Sequence record: PP526941.1
Reading direction: 5' to 3' (one strand)
DNA: 64,000 nucleotides
Source of the DNA: Escherichia phage vB_EcoM_ECO78
Numbering within the stretch: the first letter of the stretch is position 1; each line of letters starts with the position of its first letter. Of the stretch, positions 50,577-61,731 are shown one piece after another. Both the position numbers and the translations under genes were made by a program. The notes under the pieces are model-generated. The model had not been told where the DNA came from, did not search any database, and worked only from the letters and a program-made list of their open reading frames with translations.

Positions 50577-53500
50577 ATGGCCGAGATTAAAAGAAAGTTC
50601 AGAGCAGAAGATGGTCTGGACGCAGGTGGTGATAAAATAATCAACGTAGCTTTAGCTGATCGTACCGTAGGAACTGACGGTGTTAACGTTGATTACTTAA
50701 TTCAAGAAAACACAGTTCAACAATATGATCCAACTCGTGGATATTTAAAAGATTTTGTAATCATTTATGATAACCGCTTTTGGGCTGCTATAAATGATAT
50801 TCCAAAACCAGCAGGAGCTTTTAATAGCGGACGCTGGAGAGCATTACGTACGGACGCAAACTGGATTACAGTCTCATCTGGTTCATATCAATTAAAATCC
50901 GGTGAAGCTATTTCGGTTAACACTGCAGCTGGTAATGACATCACGTTTACTTTACCATCTTCTCCAATTGATGGTGATACTATCGTTCTCCAAGATATTG
51001 GAGGAAAACCTGGAGTTAACCAAGTTTTAATTGTAGCTCCAGTGCAAAGTATTGTAAACTTCAGAGGTGAACAAGTACGTTCAGTACTAATGACTCATCC
51101 AAAGTCACAGCTAGTTTTAATTTTTAGTAATCGTCTGTGGCAAATGTATGTTGCTGATTATAGTAGAGAAGCTATAGTTGTAACACCAGCGAATACTTAT
51201 CAAGCGCAATCAAATGATTTTATCGTACGTAGATTTACTTCTGCTGCACCGATAAATATTAAACTTCCACGATTTGCTAATCATGGCGATATTATTAATT
51301 TCGTTGATTTAGATAAACTAAATCCACTTTATCATACAATTGTTACTACATACGATGAAACGACTTCAGTACAAGAAGTTGGAACTCATTCCATTGAAGG
51401 CCGTACAACGATTGACGGTTTCTTGATGTTTGATGATAATGAGAAATTGTGGAGATTGTTTGACGGGGATAGTAAAGCGCGTTTACGTATCATAACGACT
51501 AATTCTAATATTCGTCCAAATGAAGAAGTTATGGTATTTGGTGCGAATAACGGAACAGCTCAGACAATTGAGCTTAAGCTTCCAACTAATATTTCTGTTG
51601 GTGATACTGTTAAAATTTCCATGAATTACATGAGAAAAGGACAAACAGTTAAAATCAAAGCTGCTGATGAAGATAAAATTGCTTCTTCAGTTCAATTGCT
51701 GCAATTCCCAAAACGCTCAGAATATCCACCTGAAGCTGAATGGGTTACAGTCCAAGAATTAGTTTTTAATGGTGAAACTAATTATGTTCCAGTTTTAGAG
51801 CTTGCTTATATAGAAGATTCTGATGGAAAATACTGGGTTGTACAGCAAAATGTTCCAACCGTAGAAAGAGTTGATTCTTTGAATGATTCTACTAGAGCAA
51901 GATTAGGCGTAATTGCTTTAGCTACACAAGCCCAAGCTAATGTCGATTTAGAAAATTCTCCGCAAAAAGAATTAGCAATTACTCCAGAAACATTAGCTAA
52001 CCGTACTGCTACTGAAACTCGCAGAGGTATTGCAAGAATAGCAACTACTGCTCAAGTGAATCAGAACACCACATTCTCTTTTGCTGACGATATTATCATC
52101 ACTCCTAAAAAGCTGAATGAAAGAACTGCTACAGAAACTCGCAGAGGTGTTGCTGAAATTGCTACGCAACAGGAAACTAATGCAGGAACCGATGATACTA
52201 CAATCATCACTCCTAAAAAGCTTCAAGCTCGTCAAGGTTCTGAATCATTATCTGGTATCGTAACTTTTGTATCTACTGCAGGTGCTACTCCAGCTTCTAG
52301 CCGTGAATTAAATGGTACGAATGTTTATAATAAAAACACTAATAATTTAGTTGTTTCACCTAAAGCTTTGGATCAGTATAAAGCTACTCCAACACAGCAA
52401 GGTGCAGTAATTTTAGCAGTTGAAAGTGAAGTAATTGCTGGACAAAGTCAGGAAGGATGGGCAAATGCAGTTGTAACGCCAGAAACGTTACATAAAAAGA
52501 CATCAACTGATGGAAGAATTGGTTTAATTGAAATTGCTACGCAAAGTGAAGTTAATACAGGAACTGATTATACTCGTGCAGTCACTCCTAAAACTTTAAA
52601 TGACCGTAGAGCAACTGAAAGTTTAAGTGGTATAGCTGAAATTGCTACACAAGTTGAATTCGACGCAGGCGTCGACGATACTCGTATCTCTACACCATTA
52701 AAAATTAAAACCAGATTTAATAGTACTGATCGTACTTCTGTTGTTGCTCTATCTGGATTAGTTGAATCAGGAACTCTCTGGGACCATTATACCCTTAATA
52801 TTCTTGAAGCAAATGAGACACAACGTGGTACACTTCGTGTAGCTACACAAGTTGAAGCTGCTGCAGGAACATTAGATAATGTTTTAATAACTCCTAAAAA
52901 GCTTTTAGGTACTAAATCTACCGAATCGCAAGAAGGTGTTATTAAAGTTGCAACACAGTCTGAAACTGTGACTGGAACGTCAGCAAATACTGCTGTATCT
53001 CCAAAAAATTTAAAGTGGATTGTGCAGAGTGAACCAACATGGGCTGCTACTACGGCGATAAGAGGGTTTGTTAAAACTTCATCTGGTTCAATTACATTCG
53101 TTGGTAATGATACAGTCGGTTCTACACAGGACTTAGAGTTATACGAGAAAAATAATTATGCAGTATCACCATATGAATTAAACCGCGTACTTGCTAACTA
53201 TTTGCCATTGAAAGCAAAAGCTGCAGATAGTAATTTATTGGATGGTCTAGATTCATCTCAGTTCATTCGTAGGGATATTGCCCAGACAGTTAATGGTTCA
53301 CTAACCTTAACCCAACAAACGAATCTGAGTGCCCCTCTTGTATCATCTAGTACTGCTACGTTTGGTGGTTCAGTTTCGGCAAATAGTACATTAACTATTT
53401 CTAACTCTGGAACAGCAACTCGTCTGATTTTTGAGAAAGGACCTCAAACTGGAACTAATCCAGCGCAGACGATGACTATCAGAGTTTGGGGAAATCAGTT

Positions 53501-54446
53501 TGGCGGCGGATCAGATACAACACGTTCTACTGTATTTGAAGTTGGTGATGAAACGTCTAATCATTTTTATTCTCAACGTAATAAAGCTGGTAATATAACG
53601 TTTAGCATTAATGGTACTGTGATGCCAATAAATGTTAACGCTTCAGGCACGTTGAATGCGAATGGCGTTGCAACATTCGGTCGTTCAGTTACAGCCAATG
53701 GTGAATTCATTAGCAAGTCTGCAAATGCTTTTAGAGCAATTAGTGGTGATTACGGATTCTTTATTCGTAATGATGCTGCTAATACCTATTTTATGCTCAC
53801 TGCATCCGGTGATCAGACTGGCGGATTTAATGGATTACGTCCTTTGGCTATTAATAATGCATCTGGCCAAGTAACGATTGGTGAAAGCTTAATCATTGCC
53901 AAAGGTGCTACTATAAATTCAGGTGGTTTGACTGTTAACTCGAGAATTCGTTCTCAGGGTAATAAAACATCTGATTTATATACCCGTGCACCAACATCTG
54001 ATACAGTAGGATTCTGGTCAATTGATATTAATGATTCAGCTACTTATAACCAGTTCCCAGGTTATTTTAAAATGGTTGAAAAAACTAATGAAGTGACTGG
54101 ACTTCCATACTTAGAACGTGGCGAAGAAGTTAAATCTCCTGGTACACTGACTCAGTTTGGTAATACACTTGATTCGCTTTACCAAGATTGGATTACTTAT
54201 CCAACGACGCCAGAAGCACGTACCACTCGCTGGACACGTACATGGCAGAAAACCAAAAACTCTTGGTCAAGTTTTGTTCAGGTATTTGACGGAGGTAACC
54301 CTCCTCAACCATCTGATATCGGTGCTTTACCATCTGATAATGCTACAATGGGAAATCTTACTATTCGTGATTTCTTACGAATTGGTAATGTTCGCATTGT
54401 TCCTGACCCAGTGAATAAAACGGTTAAATTTGAATGGGTTGAATAA
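50577..54446 (+). CDS. 34: long tail fibre proximal subunit gp34
   Basis: 1289 aa, the T4 gp34 length; repetitive beta-rich fibre sequence; synteny. Confidence 0.95.
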   Translation: MAEIKRKFRAEDGLDAGGDKIINVALADRTVGTDGVNVDYLIQENTVQQYDPTRGYLKDFVIIYDNRFWAAINDIPKPAGAFNSGRWRALRTDANWITVSSGSYQLKSGEAISVNTAAGNDITFTLPSSPIDGDTIVLQDIGGKPGVNQVLIVAPVQSIVNFRGEQVRSVLMTHPKSQLVLIFSNRLWQMYVADYSREAIVVTPANTYQAQSNDFIVRRFTSAAPINIKLPRFANHGDIINFVDLDKLNPLYHTIVTTYDETTSVQEVGTHSIEGRTTIDGFLMFDDNEKLWRLFDGDSKARLRIITTNSNIRPNEEVMVFGANNGTAQTIELKLPTNISVGDTVKISMNYMRKGQTVKIKAADEDKIASSVQLLQFPKRSEYPPEAEWVTVQELVFNGETNYVPVLELAYIEDSDGKYWVVQQNVPTVERVDSLNDSTRARLGVIALATQAQANVDLENSPQKELAITPETLANRTATETRRGIARIATTAQVNQNTTFSFADDIIITPKKLNERTATETRRGVAEIATQQETNAGTDDTTIITPKKLQARQGSESLSGIVTFVSTAGATPASSRELNGTNVYNKNTNNLVVSPKALDQYKATPTQQGAVILAVESEVIAGQSQEGWANAVVTPETLHKKTSTDGRIGLIEIATQSEVNTGTDYTRAVTPKTLNDRRATESLSGIAEIATQVEFDAGVDDTRISTPLKIKTRFNSTDRTSVVALSGLVESGTLWDHYTLNILEANETQRGTLRVATQVEAAAGTLDNVLITPKKLLGTKSTESQEGVIKVATQSETVTGTSANTAVSPKNLKWIVQSEPTWAATTAIRGFVKTSSGSITFVGNDTVGSTQDLELYEKNNYAVSPYELNRVLANYLPLKAKAADSNLLDGLDSSQFIRRDIAQTVNGSLTLTQQTNLSAPLVSSSTATFGGSVSANSTLTISNSGTATRLIFEKGPQTGTNPAQTMTIRVWGNQFGGGSDTTRSTVFEVGDETSNHFYSQRNKAGNITFSINGTVMPINVNASGTLNANGVATFGRSVTANGEFISKSANAFRAISGDYGFFIRNDAANTYFMLTASGDQTGGFNGLRPLAINNASGQVTIGESLIIAKGATINSGGLTVNSRIRSQGNKTSDLYTRAPTSDTVGFWSIDINDSATYNQFPGYFKMVEKTNEVTGLPYLERGEEVKSPGTLTQFGNTLDSLYQDWITYPTTPEARTTRWTRTWQKTKNSWSSFVQVFDGGNPPQPSDIGALPSDNATMGNLTIRDFLRIGNVRIVPDPVNKTVKFEWVE

Positions 54447-54454
54447 GAGGTATT

Positions 54455-55570
54455 ATGGAAAAATTTATGGCAGAGTTTGGACAAGGATATGTCCAAACGC
54501 CGTTTTTATCGGAAAGCAATTCAGTAAGATATAAAATAAGCATAGCGGGTTCTTGCCCGCTTTCTACTGCAGGGCCATACGTTAAATTTCAAGATAATCC
54601 TGTAGGAAGTCAAACATTTAGCGCAGGTCTTCATTTAAGAGTTTTTGATCCTTCCACAGGAGCATTAGTTGATAGTAAGTCATATGCTTTTTCTACTTCA
54701 AATGATACTACATCAGCTGCTTTTGTTAGTTTCATGAATTCTTTGACGAATAATCGAATTGTTGCTATATTAACTAACGGAAAGGTTAATTTTCCTCCTG
54801 AAGTAGTATCTTGGTTAAGAACCGCCGGAACGTCTGCTTTTCCATCTGATTCTATATTGTCAAGATTCGACGTATCATATGCTGCTTTTTATACTTCTTC
54901 TAAAAGAGCTATCGCATTAGAGCATGTTAAACTGAGTAATAGAAAAAGCACAGATGATTATCAAACTATTTTAGATGTAGTATTTGACAGTTTAGAAGAT
55001 GTCGGAGCTACAGGATTTCCAAGAAGAACGTATGAAAGCGTTGAGCAATTTATGTCAGCTGTTGGTGGAACTAATAACGAAATTGCGCGTCTACCAACTT
55101 CAGCTGCTATAAGTAAATTATCTGATTATAATTTAATTCCTGGTGATGTTCTTTATCTTAAAGCTCAGTTATATGCTGATGCTGATTTACTTGCACTTGG
55201 AACTACGAATATATCCATTCGATTTTATAATGCATCAAATGGATATATTTCCTCGACACATGCTGAATTTACTGGGCAAGCTGGGTCATGGGAATTAAAG
55301 GAAGATTATGTAGTTGTTCCAGAAAACGCAGTAGGATTTACGATATACGCACAGAGAACTGCACAAGCTGGCCAAGGTGGCATGAGAAATTTAAGCTTTT
55401 CTGAAGTATCAAGAAATGGCGGCATTTCAAAACCCGCTGAATTTGGCGTCAACGGTATTCGAGTTAATTATATCTGTGAATCTGCTTCACCTCCGGATAT
55501 AATGGTACTTCCTACACAAGCATCGTCTAAAACTGGTAAAGTGTTTGGGCAAGAATTTAGAGAAGTATAA
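54455..55570 (+). CDS. 35: long tail fibre hinge (knee) protein gp35
   Basis: 371 aa; synteny; AGAGG SD. Confidence 0.9.
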   Translation: MEKFMAEFGQGYVQTPFLSESNSVRYKISIAGSCPLSTAGPYVKFQDNPVGSQTFSAGLHLRVFDPSTGALVDSKSYAFSTSNDTTSAAFVSFMNSLTNNRIVAILTNGKVNFPPEVVSWLRTAGTSAFPSDSILSRFDVSYAAFYTSSKRAIALEHVKLSNRKSTDDYQTILDVVFDSLEDVGATGFPRRTYESVEQFMSAVGGTNNEIARLPTSAAISKLSDYNLIPGDVLYLKAQLYADADLLALGTTNISIRFYNASNGYISSTHAEFTGQAGSWELKEDYVVVPENAVGFTIYAQRTAQAGQGGMRNLSFSEVSRNGGISKPAEFGVNGIRVNYICESASPPDIMVLPTQASSKTGKVFGQEFREV

Positions 55571-55575
55571 ATTGA

Positions 55576-55593
55576 GGGAGCCTTCGGGTTCCC
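55576..55593 (+). terminator. rho-independent terminator after gene 35
   Basis: GGGAGCC-UUCG-GGUUCCC followed by UUUUUCUUUAU. Confidence 0.6.
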
Positions 55594-55601
55594 TTTTTCT
55601 T

Positions 55602-55609
55602 TATAAATA
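55602..55609 (+). promoter_or_regulatory. T4-type late promoter (TATAAATA) for genes 36-37-38
   Basis: Exact TATAAATA 24 nt upstream of the gene 36 ATG. Confidence 0.6.
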
Positions 55610-55632
55610 CTATTAAAATAAAGGGGCATACA

Positions 55633-56295
55633 ATGGCTGATTTAAAAGTAGGTTCAACAACCGGGGGCTCTGTCATTTGGCATCAAGGAAATTTTCCATT
55701 GAATCCAGCCGGTGACGATGTACTCTATAAATCATTTAAAATATATTCAGAATATAATAAACCACAAGCTGCTGATAACGATTTCGTTTCTAAAGCTAAT
55801 GGTGGTACTTACGCCGCGACTGTTCGATTTAATGGAGGCGTACATGTTCCTACTATAGGTAGTAGTCAACAGTGTGGTGTTTATCCAGGTAACGGTGATG
55901 CAGCTACTTTTGCTATGGCAAATATTGACATCGTTTCGTGGAATGGTATTGGTTTTAAATCATCACAAGGTTCAGCAGACCGAACTGTTGTAATTAACGC
56001 TCGTACCGGTGATATCAGCAGTAAGGGCGGTTTTTATGCAACTGGTCCTGTCCGTTCTAACGCTACTGCTCCGGTTGCAGCAAATGACCTTACTAGAAAG
56101 GACTATGTTGATGGAGCAATAAATACTGTTACGGAAAATGCGAACTCTAGAGTGTTACGATCTGGCGACACTATGACGGGTAACTTAACCGCACCAAATT
56201 TTTTCTCGCAGAATCCTGCGTCTCAACCTTCACACGTTCCACGATTTGACCAAATCGTAATTAAGGATTCTGTTCAAGATTTCGGCTATTATTAA
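55633..56295 (+). CDS. 36: long tail fibre distal connector gp36
   Basis: 220 aa; synteny. Confidence 0.9.
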   Translation: MADLKVGSTTGGSVIWHQGNFPLNPAGDDVLYKSFKIYSEYNKPQAADNDFVSKANGGTYAATVRFNGGVHVPTIGSSQQCGVYPGNGDAATFAMANIDIVSWNGIGFKSSQGSADRTVVINARTGDISSKGGFYATGPVRSNATAPVAANDLTRKDYVDGAINTVTENANSRVLRSGDTMTGNLTAPNFFSQNPASQPSHVPRFDQIVIKDSVQDFGYY

Positions 56296-56303
56296 GAGGA
56301 CTT

Positions 56304-59300
56304 ATGGCTACTTTAAAACAAATACAATTTAAAAGAAGCAAAACCGCAGGTGCACGTCCTGCTGCTTCAGTATTAGCCGAAGGTGAATTGGCTATAAACT
56401 TAAAAGATAGAACACTTTTTACTAAAGATGATTCGGGAAATATCATTGATCTAGGTATTGCTAAAGGCGGTCAAATTGATGGAAATGTGACTATCAATGG
56501 TCTTTTAAGATTAAATGGGGATTATACACAAACTGGTGGAATGACCGTAAATGGACCTATTGGTTCTACTGAAGGCGTATCCGCCTTAGTTTTTAGATCT
56601 ATGCGAGGGTCATTTTACGCAAGAGCAACAAATGATACTTCCAATGCCCATCTTTGGTTTGAAAATACAAATGGATCAGAGAGAGGGGTTTTATATTCAA
56701 AACCACAGTCTGAAAATGAAGGCGTAATTACAATGCGTGTTCGTCAAGGAACCGCTGCGGGAGCTCAAAATTCAGAATTTCATTTCATTTCTACTGATGG
56801 CGGTATCTTCCAGGCACGCAAATTAACTGCTTTAACTTCTATTAGTACACCAACTATTAGTGTTAATTTAATTAATCATGATTCTAAAGCCTTTGGACAA
56901 TACGATTCGCAATCATTAGTTCAGTATGTTTATCCTGGAACTGGTGAAACTAACGGAGTAAACTATCTTCGTAAAGTTCGAGCTAAATCAGGTGGCACTA
57001 TGTGGCATGAGCTTTGTACTGCTCAGACTGGCCAGGCTGATGAAATGTCTTGGTGGACAGGTAATACTCCATCATCTAAACAATATGGCATTCGTAATGA
57101 CGGACGAATGGCAGGCCGTAATAGCCTTGCATTAGGTACATTCACTACGGGTTTCCCGTCTAGTGATTATGGTAACGTCGGTGTAATGGGCGATAAGTAT
57201 CTTGTTCTCGGTGACACTGTAACCGGTCTGAAATATATTAAGCAAGGTGTTTATGATTTAGTTGGTGGAGGTTATTCCGTTGCATCTGTTACTCCAGATA
57301 GTTTCCGTAGTACTCGTAAAGGTATATTTGGTCGCTCAGAAGACCAAGGTGCTACATGGAACATGCCTGGAAACAACGCCGCGTTTTTATCGGTTCAAAC
57401 ACAAGCTGATGAAAACACTGCTGGAGACGGCCAGACACATATTGGCTATAACTCAGGCGGTAAAATGAACCACTATTTCCGTGGTAAAGGCAAAACTAAT
57501 ATTAATACTCAAGAAGGCATGGAAGTTAACCCGGGTATTCTTAAACTAGTAACCGGTGCTAACAGTATTAGCTTTAACGCTGCAACAGGTAATATTGATT
57601 CTACATTAGCTTTTCGTCTTAATAAAGGTATAATTATTGATGGACCTGATAATCAGGGATTCCAATTTAATGCTCCGACGGCTGTAGATGGTACTAGAAG
57701 CATATACTGGAATAGTGGCACTCGCGCAGGTCAAAACAAAAACCCTGTTACAGTTAAAGTGTGGGGTAATTCATTTAACGCATCTGGTGATCGTAGTCGT
57801 GAAACCGTTTTTGAAGTAGCTGATGGGCAAGGTTACCATTTTTATTCTCAACGCGTAGCTCCTGCACCTGGTTCGACTGTCGGGCCTATTCAACTCCGAG
57901 TTAATGGTGGTTTATTAACTTCTGGTGGTATTACTGCTTCCGGTTCTATTGTTACTGAATCAAGTTTAGTTGCAAATAATGGATTATCTGTAAATGGTCA
58001 GGCTAAATTTGGCGGAACAGCAAACGCACTAAGAATTTGGAACGCTGAATATGGTGCTATTTTCCGTCGTTCGGAAAGTAACTTTTATATTATTCCAACC
58101 AATCAAAACGAAGGCGAAAGCGGAGACATTCACAGCTCTTTGAGACCTGTGAGAATAGGATTAAACGATGGCATGGTTGGGTTAGGAAGAGATTCTTTTA
58201 TAGTAGATCAAAATAATGCTTTAACTACTATAAACAGTAACTCTCGCATTAATGCCAACTTTAGAATGCAATTAGGACAAAATGCTTATATAGATATTGA
58301 GGCTTCTGATGGAATTCGCCCAACAGGTTGTGGTTCCTTTGCATCTCAGAATGACGTAAACGTCAGAGCTCCAATTTATATGAATATAGAGCGTACTGCT
58401 ACTTCTGAATATATTCCTATTGTTAAACAGCGTTATGTGCAAGGTGATAGCACTTATTCTATTGGGACATTAATTAATCAAGGAGATTTCCGTGTTCATT
58501 ACCGCCAAGGCACCGGTACGGGTGGCACTGATTTGAGTTGGGAATTCCGTCGCACAGGCGATTTCCGCGCGGCAGGTAAAATTATTGCTGGTGCTGCTAC
58601 TCTTGGCACTGATGGTAATATCACCGGTGGTTCTGGTAACTTTGCTAACCTGAATACCACATTAAATCGTAAGGTAAATTCCGGATTTGTAACATACGGT
58701 GCAACGGCCGGATGGTACAAATTCGCTACAGTAACGATGCCACAATCTACTTCTACTGTTTCATTTACTATAACTGGTGGTAAAGGATTTAATACCGGAC
58801 TGTTTACACAATGTGCTATAACAGAAATTGTTCTTCGTACTGGTAATGACCGCCCAGCAGGTTTAAACGCCGTGATGTATACCAGAACAGCGGCAGGTCT
58901 TACTGATATTGCTGTAGTTAATACCTCAGGAAATACATATGATGTCTATGTTGAAGCTGGCACTTATGCCAACCAATTAGCTTATACCTGGCATACAGTT
59001 GATAATGCTACCGTAGAAGTTATTGGCGCTTTTGGTCCTACTCAAGACCCGGTAGATTCTTTGCCGGCTAATTATGTTAAAGGCCAAGTAGCTAACATGC
59101 TTAACAACCTGGTAGACACAGGTAAAGTAAAACGTTATGTAGCAGATTCTGAAATTGCTATTAATAACCAAACGGGTCTTCGTATTACGAGTAATTATGA
59201 TAGATCAGGTTCTAATTCCGTTTTGTTTCGAAATGACGGTGGAAGCTTCTATATTTTACTGACTGACAAAAACTCTTCAGACGGCGATAATAAAGCAACT

Positions 59301-60227
59301 GAAGGTGATTGGAATGGAAAACGACCATTTTCAATTGATATGACTGCTGGTACTGTTCGTCTTGGCGAAAATACTTCTTTTAGTAAAGATGTTACTATTG
59401 ATGGAAACATTAATTCACGAGTTAAAGTTGTCGGACAGTGGAATGTTAGCTTTTCTGATATTTCAGATGTGACTCGTGACCGTTCTGCATTTTTAGTGAA
59501 TACGGGTGGCATTTCCAATACAAGTCAATCTTATTACCCGCTATTTTCTGGATACAGTTTTTTAACTGACGCGGGTTATCGCCAATCGTTTGAATTTGGA
59601 TGGTTAGGTGTTTCTGGTACTTGGCGTCAAGGTATTATTCGCATGCGTGGTGACAACGCATCGGGGCAACAGGCTCGTTGGACTTTTGATATGGATGGAA
59701 CATTTTATGCTCCTAAATTGGCTTGCGGTTCTACCGGTGCCCTCGGTATTAACACATCCAACGGATGGGGTGGTAACTCAATTGCAATTGGTGATAGCGA
59801 TACTGGTTTTAGACAAGTAGGCGATGGGCTTTTAGAAGCGTGGGCGAACAACGTTAAAGTTGTTAGATTCACTTCGAGCGAAGTTTATTCCGAGAAAAAC
59901 GTCAATGCTCCTAACGTTTATATTCGTTCTGATGTTCGCTTGAAATCTAATTTTAAACCTATTAAAAATGCGCTCGAAAGGGTTGAGCAACTTGATGGTT
60001 TAATCTATGACAAAGCTGAATATATAGGCGGTGAACCTGTTCAAACTGAAGCGGGTATTATAGCTCAAACGTTACAAGACGTTTTACCAGAAGCTGTCCG
60101 TGAATCAGAAGATAGCAAGGGTAATAAAATACTCACTGTTTCTTCTCAAGCCCAGATTGCTCTTCTGGTTGAAGCTGTGAAAACACTTTCTGCTCGTGTA
60201 AAAGAACTTGAATCTAAACTTATGTAA
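56304..60227 (+). CDS. 37: long tail fibre distal subunit gp37, T2-type, with C-terminal intramolecular chaperone domain
   Basis: 1307 aa; conserved N-terminus; C-terminal about 99 aa begin with the SDxRLK motif typical of autocleaving intramolecular chaperone (S74-like) domains. Confidence 0.9.
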   Translation: MATLKQIQFKRSKTAGARPAASVLAEGELAINLKDRTLFTKDDSGNIIDLGIAKGGQIDGNVTINGLLRLNGDYTQTGGMTVNGPIGSTEGVSALVFRSMRGSFYARATNDTSNAHLWFENTNGSERGVLYSKPQSENEGVITMRVRQGTAAGAQNSEFHFISTDGGIFQARKLTALTSISTPTISVNLINHDSKAFGQYDSQSLVQYVYPGTGETNGVNYLRKVRAKSGGTMWHELCTAQTGQADEMSWWTGNTPSSKQYGIRNDGRMAGRNSLALGTFTTGFPSSDYGNVGVMGDKYLVLGDTVTGLKYIKQGVYDLVGGGYSVASVTPDSFRSTRKGIFGRSEDQGATWNMPGNNAAFLSVQTQADENTAGDGQTHIGYNSGGKMNHYFRGKGKTNINTQEGMEVNPGILKLVTGANSISFNAATGNIDSTLAFRLNKGIIIDGPDNQGFQFNAPTAVDGTRSIYWNSGTRAGQNKNPVTVKVWGNSFNASGDRSRETVFEVADGQGYHFYSQRVAPAPGSTVGPIQLRVNGGLLTSGGITASGSIVTESSLVANNGLSVNGQAKFGGTANALRIWNAEYGAIFRRSESNFYIIPTNQNEGESGDIHSSLRPVRIGLNDGMVGLGRDSFIVDQNNALTTINSNSRINANFRMQLGQNAYIDIEASDGIRPTGCGSFASQNDVNVRAPIYMNIERTATSEYIPIVKQRYVQGDSTYSIGTLINQGDFRVHYRQGTGTGGTDLSWEFRRTGDFRAAGKIIAGAATLGTDGNITGGSGNFANLNTTLNRKVNSGFVTYGATAGWYKFATVTMPQSTSTVSFTITGGKGFNTGLFTQCAITEIVLRTGNDRPAGLNAVMYTRTAAGLTDIAVVNTSGNTYDVYVEAGTYANQLAYTWHTVDNATVEVIGAFGPTQDPVDSLPANYVKGQVANMLNNLVDTGKVKRYVADSEIAINNQTGLRITSNYDRSGSNSVLFRNDGGSFYILLTDKNSSDGDNKATEGDWNGKRPFSIDMTAGTVRLGENTSFSKDVTIDGNINSRVKVVGQWNVSFSDISDVTRDRSAFLVNTGGISNTSQSYYPLFSGYSFLTDAGYRQSFEFGWLGVSGTWRQGIIRMRGDNASGQQARWTFDMDGTFYAPKLACGSTGALGINTSNGWGGNSIAIGDSDTGFRQVGDGLLEAWANNVKVVRFTSSEVYSEKNVNAPNVYIRSDVRLKSNFKPIKNALERVEQLDGLIYDKAEYIGGEPVQTEAGIIAQTLQDVLPEAVRESEDSKGNKILTVSSQAQIALLVEAVKTLSARVKELESKLM

Positions 60228-60228
60228 A

Positions 60229-60246
60229 AGAGGGCTTCGGCCCTCT
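60229..60246 (+). terminator. GC hairpin (AGAGGGC-UUCG-GCCCUCU) between genes 37 and 38
   Basis: Perfect 7-bp stem with UUCG loop followed by AAGGAUUUUUA, which contains the gene 38 SD. Confidence 0.45.
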
Positions 60247-60257
60247 AAGGATTTTTA

Positions 60258-61043
60258 ATGGCAATTGTAGGTGTTCCTGGCTGGATTGGTGAATCTGCTG
60301 TGAATGAAACTGGACAACGTTGGATGGATGCTGCGATGAAAGCTGTTCGTGTTTCAGTTCCCGGCTGGATGAGCTCAATGGCTGGACAATCTAAAGAAAT
60401 TCATTATAGCATTGGTGCTAGCAATTCTTACAATAAAGACACTCTTATTAACTGGATGAAAGCACAGGGGTCTACTCCGGTAGTAATTACTATTACAGGA
60501 AATATTGTTTCTTCATCGACAGGTCAACCATGCTTAGATTTTCCTAGCTCATTAACTAATGCATACGTGACACTTAATATCAATTCAGGCGTGCATGTTT
60601 GGGGTCGCGGCGGGAATGGTGGAAATAACTCTGCTGGCGGAGCAGGAGGAACTGCAATAAATAACGGAATTGGAACTAGATTACGTATTAATAACAATGG
60701 TGTTATCGCAGGCGGCGGTGGCGGCGGTGGCGGCGGATACTACTCTCCTTTTTCACAAATGAGATTGACTTTTGGTGGAGGAGGCGGTCGTCCATTTGGT
60801 GCGGCTGGCGGGTCTGCTAATATGGAACAGGGTGCTACTGCTGGTACTATTTCTGCGCCCGGTAAAGGGTCTGTCAACGGTATCTATAATGGCGGGAATG
60901 GTGGTGATGCCGGTGCCGCAGGAGGTAAATGTAATATTCGCGGTCAAGGATCAGAATATAATGGCGGCGCTGCTGGTAAAGCTGTTACTGGTAATGCTCC
61001 AACTTGGACTAAAGTTGGTACAATATATGGTGCAAGAGTATAA
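60258..61043 (+). CDS. 38: T2-type receptor-recognising adhesin gp38 (glycine-rich motifs)
   Basis: 261 aa; C-terminal half built from glycine-rich tracts (GRGGNGGNNSAGGAGG, GGGGGGGGGY, FGGGGGRPFGAAGG, NGGNGGDAGAAGG) separated by short variable segments. Confidence 0.85.
   Translation: MAIVGVPGWIGESAVNETGQRWMDAAMKAVRVSVPGWMSSMAGQSKEIHYSIGASNSYNKDTLINWMKAQGSTPVVITITGNIVSSSTGQPCLDFPSSLTNAYVTLNINSGVHVWGRGGNGGNNSAGGAGGTAINNGIGTRLRINNNGVIAGGGGGGGGGYYSPFSQMRLTFGGGGGRPFGAAGGSANMEQGATAGTISAPGKGSVNGIYNGGNGGDAGAAGGKCNIRGQGSEYNGGAAGKAVTGNAPTWTKVGTIYGARV
60711..60737 (+). repeat. 9-bp tandem repeat (GGCGGCGGT x3) encoding a poly-glycine tract in gp38
   Basis: Three consecutive near-identical 9-mers read directly in the sequence. 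Confidence 0.8.
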
Positions 61044-61074
61044 TTTTGAATAAATATCCTTAAAAGGAGGGTCT

Positions 61075-61731
61075 ATGGCAGCACCTAGAATATCATTTTC
61101 GCCCTCTGATATTCTGTTGGGTGTTCTAGATCGCTTGTTCAAAGATAACGCTACCGGGAAGGTTCTTGCTTCCCGGGTAGCTGTCGTAATTCTTTTGTTT
61201 ATGATGGCGATTGTTTGGTATAGGGGAGATAGTTTCTTTGAGTACTATAAGCAATCAAAGTATGAAACATACAGTGAAATTATTGAAAAGGAAAGAAATG
61301 CACGCTTTGAATCTGTCGCCCTGGAACAACTCCAGATAGTTCATATATCATCTGAGGCAGACTTTAGTGCGGTGTATTCTTTCCGCCCTAAAAACTTAAA
61401 CTATTTTGTTGATATTATAGCATATGAAGGAAAATTACCTTCAACAATAAGTGAAAAATCACTTGGAGGATATCCTGTTGATAAAACTATGGATGAATAT
61501 ACAGTTCATTTAAATGGACGTCATTATTATTCCAACTCAAAATTTGCTTTTTTACCAACTAAAAAGCCTACTCCTGAAATAAATTACATGTACAGTTGTC
61601 CATATTTTAATTTGGATAATATCTATGCTGGAACGATAACCATGTACTGGTATAGAAATGATCATATAAGTAATGACCGCCTTGAATCAATATGTTCTCA
61701 GGCGGCCAGAATATTAGGAAGGGCTAAATAA
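61075..61731 (+). CDS. t: holin T
   Basis: 218 aa; N-terminal TM segment and large periplasmic domain; sequence recognised as the T4-type holin; AAAGGAGG SD. Confidence 0.92.
   Translation: MAAPRISFSPSDILLGVLDRLFKDNATGKVLASRVAVVILLFMMAIVWYRGDSFFEYYKQSKYETYSEIIEKERNARFESVALEQLQIVHISSEADFSAVYSFRPKNLNYFVDIIAYEGKLPSTISEKSLGGYPVDKTMDEYTVHLNGRHYYSNSKFAFLPTKKPTPEINYMYSCPYFNLDNIYAGTITMYWYRNDHISNDRLESICSQAARILGRAK

Noticed and set aside
60753-61053. Two ORFs (64 aa minus, 93 aa plus) inside gene 38
   Set aside because: Alternative-frame and antisense readings of the GC-rich glycine-codon repeats of gp38; no independent start signals.
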